Below are positions 26,840 through 32,000 of a stretch of 32,000 nt of DNA, piece after piece. The translations under genes and the position numbers were made by a program. Position 1 is the stretch's first letter. Each line of letters starts with the position of its first letter. The DNA is taken from NCBI GenBank assembly GCA_003568775.1, contig MWMI01000001.1, positions 90,001 through 122,000 of the forward strand. The letters run 5' to 3'. The DNA is from Candidatus Nanoclepta minutus (lineage in GTDB: Archaea > Nanobdellota > Nanobdellia > Nanobdellales > Nanobdellaceae). The notes under the pieces were generated by a model, which was not told the origin of the DNA, did no database searches, and worked only from the letters and a program-made list of their open reading frames with translations.

Positions 26840-27775
26840 ATGATAGTAGAAGAAATAATAAATAGCAGTATAGCTAGGATTAGAAAGATAAGGGATAAGG
26901 ACTATAAGAAACAGGTTTTAAAGAGGTTCGATTCCTTAAAGGATTTTTTAGATAGTAAATTATTGGAGATCTATAATAGAATTCCTGGTAAGAAGATTAA
27001 CAGATTCTATAGAGAGCTCTTAGATTTATATATAGGATGGGAAAACGTATTGTATGCCAAGAGGAGGATAAATTTCATTAGGAAGAAGGTCTTTGATTTT
27101 TATAACTTATATAGAAATAGGGTTAGGATATTAAGGGATAGGAATGAGATTAGTAAGGTTGGAAGAGAGTTTTATGGGAGAGTTTTTAGTTTATTGAGGA
27201 GGAATAAGAAGGCATTTTTAATATACAGTGAGATAGAAAAGTTTTATAGGAGAATACCAAAGATAAAGGATCTACCAACAATAGTTATTACAGGTTTACC
27301 GAACGTTGGGAAGAGCACCTTACTCAAGAGATTGACCGGATCCGAACCAGAAATACAGCCTTATCCCTTCACAACTAAGGATATTATGGTGGGATATATA
27401 AGGTCCGTATATTCAGATATTCAAGTTCTAGACGTTCCCGGTATTATGGATAGGGAATTTGATAGGATGAATAGGATTGAAAAGAGGGCAATATTGGCCT
27501 TAAAGTACCTTGCCAACCTTATAGTTTATGTTATAGATCTAACAGAGACTTGTGGATACAGTGTTAAGGAGCAAGAGAACGTATTGAGGAGGATAAAGGA
27601 TAATTTTAATTTAGATATAGTAATATATTTTTCTAAGACGGATCTCTTCTCAGATAATGAATGGAAAAAGATGGAAGATTTTGTGGATAGGAATAAACTA
27701 AGGTACTTTTATGATAAGGATGAGTTAGTAAAGTATATAATAGGCTTTATAAAAGAAAAAAAGTTGTTTGTCTAA
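26840..27775 (+). CDS. NOG1-like GTPase (archaeal Nog1/MMR-HSR1 type)
   Basis: An N-terminal helical NOG1-like domain is followed by G1 GLPNVGKS, G2 PFTT, G3 DVPG and a G4-like SKTD, where S replaces the usual N of NKxD. Confidence 0.8.
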   Translation: MIVEEIINSSIARIRKIRDKDYKKQVLKRFDSLKDFLDSKLLEIYNRIPGKKINRFYRELLDLYIGWENVLYAKRRINFIRKKVFDFYNLYRNRVRILRDRNEISKVGREFYGRVFSLLRRNKKAFLIYSEIEKFYRRIPKIKDLPTIVITGLPNVGKSTLLKRLTGSEPEIQPYPFTTKDIMVGYIRSVYSDIQVLDVPGIMDREFDRMNRIEKRAILALKYLANLIVYVIDLTETCGYSVKEQENVLRRIKDNFNLDIVIYFSKTDLFSDNEWKKMEDFVDRNKLRYFYDKDELVKYIIGFIKEKKLFV

Positions 27776-28404
27776 TGAGAATACTCGTTATAGGTGATGT
27801 TCATAATGATATTCTATTAATAAAGAGGTTAGTAGAATCTATAAAGAGGGAGAAACCGGATTATTTGTTCATACTTGGGGATATCTCCGACTTTGGAGAA
27901 ATTCAGAGAGGTATTATAAAAATAATATTAAAGTATATCGATAGTAATAAGGTATTCTTAATACCTGGAAACCATGAGACTGTAGATCTGATTAACTTTA
28001 TCAAGGAGAGATATAGGATAAATATATTTCATAAAGACGCATTCCCTTATGATGATACGGTTTTAGTGGGTTTAGGAGGTGGGGATATAGTCTTTTTCTT
28101 GATATCGGAGGGTGAGATAGAAGAATTCTTAAAGGAAGTTAGTAAGAAATTTAAGGACAAAAGGATATTATTGTTCTCTCATTTACCTCCAAGTTATACT
28201 AGGACGTCTCTATTTGAATTTGGAAGTAGATCGATATATAATTTTATAAAATACGTTAATCCGGAATTGGTAGTTCATGCTCACATTCATGAAACTGGGG
28301 GATTGGAGGATCTCCTTTTTAAAACTCCAATATTAAACGCATCTAGGAGTATTTTCTTAATAGAAGTATCAAAAGACCGACTAAACTTTAAAAGGGTGTT
28401 TTAA
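27775..28404 (+). CDS. Calcineurin-like metallophosphoesterase
   Basis: VIGDVHND, GDISDFG, GNHE and HAHIHE are the metallophosphoesterase motif series. The start overlaps the upstream stop (TAATG). Confidence 0.75.
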   Translation: MRILVIGDVHNDILLIKRLVESIKREKPDYLFILGDISDFGEIQRGIIKIILKYIDSNKVFLIPGNHETVDLINFIKERYRINIFHKDAFPYDDTVLVGLGGGDIVFFLISEGEIEEFLKEVSKKFKDKRILLFSHLPPSYTRTSLFEFGSRSIYNFIKYVNPELVVHAHIHETGGLEDLLFKTPILNASRSIFLIEVSKDRLNFKRVF

Positions 28405-28421
28405 AATCCATTTTCTGAAAG

Positions 28422-28429
28422 AATAAAAG
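28422..28429 (+). promoter_or_regulatory. TATA-like box for the ribonucleotide reductase gene
   Basis: AATAAAAG is centred about 26 nt upstream of the ATG at 28451. Confidence 0.3.
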
Positions 28430-28450
28430 GATATAGTTATATTGAATATT

Positions 28451-31400
28451 ATGACTTATCCTGTTATAAGGGTAAAAAAGGTTAGAAAGAGGGATGGGAG
28501 GATCGTTGATTTTGATCCTTATAGGATCGAGCACGCTGTTGAGAGGGCTATGATAGCTTCTGGTATGTATGATAGGCAGGTTTTAGAGAAGATAATAAAC
28601 CATATATTAAATTTGATTGATATAAGGTTTGAGGATAAGGAGATACCTGATGTAGAGCAGATTCAGGATATCGTTGAATTATCTTTAGTGAAGTTTGGTC
28701 TTTATGAGGTAGCTAAAGCATATATTACATATAGAAAAGAAAAAGAACAAATAAGGAAGGAGAAAATAAGGTTATTAGGAGATTTCTATGAGGAAGAAGT
28801 AGCTAAGAGGTTTTCTTTAAATGCTATAAGGCTTATGGTAGATAGATACTTGTTAAAAAATGAAAAAGGAGAATTAATAGAGGGTCCAAAGCAGATGTTT
28901 GAAAGGGTTGCAGCTTTAGTAGTTATACCAGATATATTATACGATCCTAAAGTATACGATAAAGAGGGAAAGCAAGAGAAGAAGCCCTATGAAGAGTTTA
29001 ATCCTGGAGATTATGATGGAAAGGTTGGATTGAAGGATGAGAAAGGGAATTTTATAGTCAAATGGAATAAATATCACCTTGAAAGGATGAAGTATCTGTA
29101 TGATTATTTAAATGAGAGGGGTCATATGAAAGTTAAGTGGAGTGAACTCTTGGAGATGATAGAGAAAGGGGCCTTTAACGAATATGTCCACAATTATATA
29201 AAGTATTATGAAATAATGGTAAATAAAAAGTTCTTGCCAAATTCTCCAACCCTATTTAATGCAGGTGCTAGATTAGGACAATTGTCTGCATGCTTTGTTA
29301 TACCTATATACGATGATATGACAGCAATCATGAAGGCTGCTACGGAAGCTGCCTTAATATTTAAGTCTGGTGGTGGTGTAGGTATAAATTATAGCTTATT
29401 AAGACCATCAGGTGATATTGTTGCATCTACAGCAGGTGTAGCTTCAGGGCCCGTATCTTTTATGAGGATAGTAGATGTTGTTACAGACGTTATTAAGCAG
29501 GGTGGAAAGAGAAGAGGGGCAAATATGGGAATATTGGAAATCTGGCATCCGGATATCCAATCTTTTATACATGCAAAGGAAAGTGAAGGAACTTTAGAGA
29601 ACTTTAACATCTCTGTCATGATAACTCCAGAATTTTGGGAATATTATGAGAAGGGAGAGAAGTATCCACTATTGAATCCGAGGATATTGAGGAAACATAA
29701 CTATCCATTACCTGGTGAGAAAGGTTTTGATATGAAAGAGGTACCAAAGGATGCTATAGTTAACTACGTAGATCCAAAAGAGATACTTAACGAGATTGCA
29801 TACATGGCCTGGAAGGGTGGGGATCCAGGATGTTTATTTATGGACAATATAAATAGAAGGAACGTTATGTTTGAAACGAGGGGACCTATAAGGGCAACAA
29901 ACCCCTGTGTTACAGGAAATACAAGAATACTAACCCCGATAGGTCTTATAAAAATAGAAGATCTATTTAAATTAGAAAAGAAAATAAAGGCAGATGTTTT
30001 ATTTACGTTTGATATAGATAGGGGAGGGGAGAATTTTGCTTATGCAACATCAATAATAGTTCCAGGGGAGGAAAACGTAGTTTATGTTAATACAAAAGGA
30101 AAAAGCATATCTTTTAGTGAATTAGAGATTAAAAACGCTTATGTTTGGAAAGTAGGTTATAAACCAGTTTATAAGGTTATTTTTGAGGAAGGTCTGGAGA
30201 TAGAAGCTACAGGGGACCATAGATTACTAACTAATGAAGGTTGGAAGGCCGTTTTAGACTTAAAGCCAGGTGATAAAGTTAAAATCGCTAGAATGGATAT
30301 AGATGAGCTGGAATTCTATGGTTTAGAAAGATATAAGGATATTGAGCTTTCATACGATTTAGGTTTTCTTGTGGGATGGATAATTGGAGATGGTTATGTT
30401 CAGGAGGATGCTATTAATTTGTACTTTAATGAAGAGACAGAAAAGTACGTTGTTCAGAGGATTGTAGAATATTTAAAGAAGGAATTTAAGTATACTCCCA
30501 ACATATACTTTAGAAAAGGCAAAATTTGGGTTAGAATAAGGGAGAAAGAAATAGTGAATCTATTAAGAGAACTTTTACGTGGAGAGAAGCTTCCAGAAAT
30601 TGTCTATATGGGAAATCCGGAGTTTATAAAAGGATTTTTATCAGGTCTATTTTCTGCAGACGGATATATAGATTCAGATGGTGCAGTAAGATTAACATCA
30701 TCGGATTTGGAGATTTTAAAGGAAGTACAAAAATTATTGTTGCTGTTTGGAATCCTTTCTAAGATATACAGTAGGCCATATAAGGGGACGTTTAAATATA
30801 TTACTAAAGAGGGAGAAGTGAAGACATATACTAGTGAAGGATACTATGAAATAATAATTAATAACTATAGTAGGAAAATATTTGCTGAAAAAATAGGATT
30901 AATAAGACATAAACAGAAAAAATTAATTAAAAGGTTGAATAAAATTAAAGCAGATGAGCCTTACTTTGTTGTGAAAGTAATAAAATATGAAGGAGAGAAG
31001 TTAGTGTACGATTTAACTGTTCCTGAGGACCATATCTATGTATCTAATGGAGTATTAAGCCATAATTGCGGAGAACAGCCCCTATATCCATATGAATCCT
31101 GTAATTTAGGTTCAATTAACCTTTATGCTTTTGTAAAGTTCAAGAATGGGGAAACTTACTTTGATTGGGAAGAACTTAAGGAAACAATAAGATGGGCATA
31201 CAGGTTCCTGGATAATATAATAGATGTAAATAAGTATCCTATTGAGGAAATAGAGAAGGCTACAAAAGCTGTTAGAAGGATAGGTTTAGGTTTTATGGGA
31301 TTAGCAGACGTTTTATATGCTCTAAAGGTTCCATATTCTTCCGAGGAAGGTTTTAAGTTTATTTCAAAGGTTTCCGAGTGGTTAACTTACTATACTATGC

Positions 31401-32000
31401 TGGAGTCAGTTGAGAGGGCTAAGGAAAGAGGGGTTTTCCCATTATACGATAAATCGATGTATAAGGAAGGAAAGATACCAGTTGAAGGGTACTATCATAG
31501 AGAACTTTGGACCTTAGATTGGGATTACTTAGTTGAAAACATCGTTAAGTATGGAATTAGGAACCTTGAAGTGACATCTATAGCACCTACGGGTTCTATA
31601 TCGATGTTTTTCGATGTTTCTTCAGGAATAGAGCCTCAATATGCCTTAGTTTATGAAAAAAGAGTTACGGCAGGAAGCTTTTATTATGTAGATGTGGAGT
31701 TTGAGAGACAGTTAAGGATGAAGGGATTATATAAGGAGGAGGTTTTAAGAAAGGTAGCTGAGAACGGAGGAAGTCTATTGGGCATAGATGATATACCTAT
31801 AGATCTGAAGAAGGTTTTCTTAACTGCCTTGGATATTCCATGGTGGGATCATGTTAGAGCTCAAGCAACTGCGCAGATGTGGATAACTACATCCATATCC
31901 AAGACTATTAACATGCCATTTTGGGTCACAAAAGAGGATGTTCTATTATCCTATTTATTTGCCTATAAGATGCTTTGTAAGGGAATAACTGTCTTTAGAG
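28451..32000 (+). CDS. nrdJ: Adenosylcobalamin-dependent (class II) ribonucleotide reductase with an N-terminal ATP-cone and one intein; the 3' end lies outside the window
   Basis: This ORF is not in the ORF track because it has no stop in the window. My translation from ATG 28451 gives MTYPVIRVKKVRKRDGRIVDFDPYRIEHAVERAM (ATP-cone), NSPTLFNAGARLGQLSACFV, SGGGVGINYSLLRPSGD, ATNP/intein/CGEQPLYPYESCNLGSINL and APTGSIS. The frame stays open to base 32000. Confidence 0.9.
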   Translation, partial: MTYPVIRVKKVRKRDGRIVDFDPYRIEHAVERAMIASGMYDRQVLEKIINHILNLIDIRFEDKEIPDVEQIQDIVELSLVKFGLYEVAKAYITYRKEKEQIRKEKIRLLGDFYEEEVAKRFSLNAIRLMVDRYLLKNEKGELIEGPKQMFERVAALVVIPDILYDPKVYDKEGKQEKKPYEEFNPGDYDGKVGLKDEKGNFIVKWNKYHLERMKYLYDYLNERGHMKVKWSELLEMIEKGAFNEYVHNYIKYYEIMVNKKFLPNSPTLFNAGARLGQLSACFVIPIYDDMTAIMKAATEAALIFKSGGGVGINYSLLRPSGDIVASTAGVASGPVSFMRIVDVVTDVIKQGGKRRGANMGILEIWHPDIQSFIHAKESEGTLENFNISVMITPEFWEYYEKGEKYPLLNPRILRKHNYPLPGEKGFDMKEVPKDAIVNYVDPKEILNEIAYMAWKGGDPGCLFMDNINRRNVMFETRGPIRATNPCVTGNTRILTPIGLIKIEDLFKLEKKIKADVLFTFDIDRGGENFAYATSIIVPGEENVVYVNTKGKSISFSELEIKNAYVWKVGYKPVYKVIFEEGLEIEATGDHRLLTNEGWKAVLDLKPGDKVKIARMDIDELEFYGLERYKDIELSYDLGFLVGWIIGDGYVQEDAINLYFNEETEKYVVQRIVEYLKKEFKYTPNIYFRKGKIWVRIREKEIVNLLRELLRGEKLPEIVYMGNPEFIKGFLSGLFSADGYIDSDGAVRLTSSDLEILKEVQKLLLLFGILSKIYSRPYKGTFKYITKEGEVKTYTSEGYYEIIINNYSRKIFAEKIGLIRHKQKKLIKRLNKIKADEPYFVVKVIKYEGEKLVYDLTVPEDHIYVSNGVLSHNCGEQPLYPYESCNLGSINLYAFVKFKNGETYFDWEELKETIRWAYRFLDNIIDVNKYPIEEIEKATKAVRRIGLGFMGLADVLYALKVPYSSEEGFKFISKVSEWLTYYTMLESVERAKERGVFPLYDKSMYKEGKIPVEGYYHRELWTLDWDYLVENIVKYGIRNLEVTSIAPTGSISMFFDVSSGIEPQYALVYEKRVTAGSFYYVDVEFERQLRMKGLYKEEVLRKVAENGGSLLGIDDIPIDLKKVFLTALDIPWWDHVRAQATAQMWITTSISKTINMPFWVTKEDVLLSYLFAYKMLCKGITVFR
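29906..31066 (+). mobile_element. Intein (387 aa) with a LAGLIDADG homing-endonuclease domain inside nrdJ
   Basis: It starts CVTGNTRILTP (block A, Cys1). Block B is ATGDHRLLT. The two LAGLIDADG motifs are LGFLVGWIIGDGYV and FIKGFLSGLFSADGYI. It ends VYDLTVPEDHIYVSNGVLSHN, followed by the +1 Cys of CGEQ. It is in frame (1161 nt), and its removal restores TNPCGEQPL. Confidence 0.9.

Noticed and set aside
29389-29619. Minus-strand 76-aa ORF, the only track ORF in the 28.4-32 kb region
   Set aside because: It lies antisense to the open-ended class II RNR gene. The track omitted that gene because it has no stop codon inside the window.
31067-32000. A possible second intein in nrdJ, since some archaeal RNR genes carry two
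   Set aside because: The translation downstream of the first intein runs continuously through conserved RNR blocks (RRIGLGFMG, APTGSIS, SKTINMP) to the window edge, with no Cys/Ser-start and HN-end insert.

Overview
This is an AT-rich archaeal chromosome segment (about 30% G+C by eye, not computed). It is extremely compact: summing the gaps between my gene calls gives about 2-3% non-coding sequence. It is core housekeeping sequence, not an obvious accessory island. The centre is the archaeal RNA polymerase / str cluster: rpoH, a split rpoB (B'' then B'), rpoA', rpoA'', rpl30e, rps12 and rps7. Three things about that cluster are atypical: nusA is missing between L30e and S12, a 254-aa membrane-protein gene with its own promoter sits between S12 and S7, and a Memo-family gene follows S7 where EF-2 normally sits. 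Also present are a TFB-Pop5-PsmA-SBDS operon (an exosome superoperon remnant), LonB, ThrRS, S24e/S27ae, a family-4 UDG, agmatinase, AdoMet decarboxylase, HtpX, a RimK-like ATP-grasp protein plus DUF371, a Memo/AMMECR1 pair and an Hsp20-Nog1-phosphoesterase operon. A ParA/MinD-like gene overlaps the start of a eukaryote-type (GT3) glycogen synthase gene. A class II ribonucleotide reductase, missed by the ORF track because it runs off the window, carries a complete LAGLIDADG intein immediately before its NPCGE active-site cysteine. I found no rRNA, tRNA, CRISPR array, transposon or long repeat. The most unusual observations are substitutions in both conserved decoding-centre loops of S12, the interrupted S12-S7 pair, TATA-like boxes about 25-32 bp (mostly about 26 bp) from start codons (implying leaderless mRNAs) that are shared or crossed in very short divergent spacers, and a 47-65 nt rpoA'/rpoA'' overlap that encodes a basic tail. 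The lineage is not determinable from this window. The lysine/glutamate/isoleucine-rich proteins and the compaction suggest a thermophile with a reduced genome, but that is inference.
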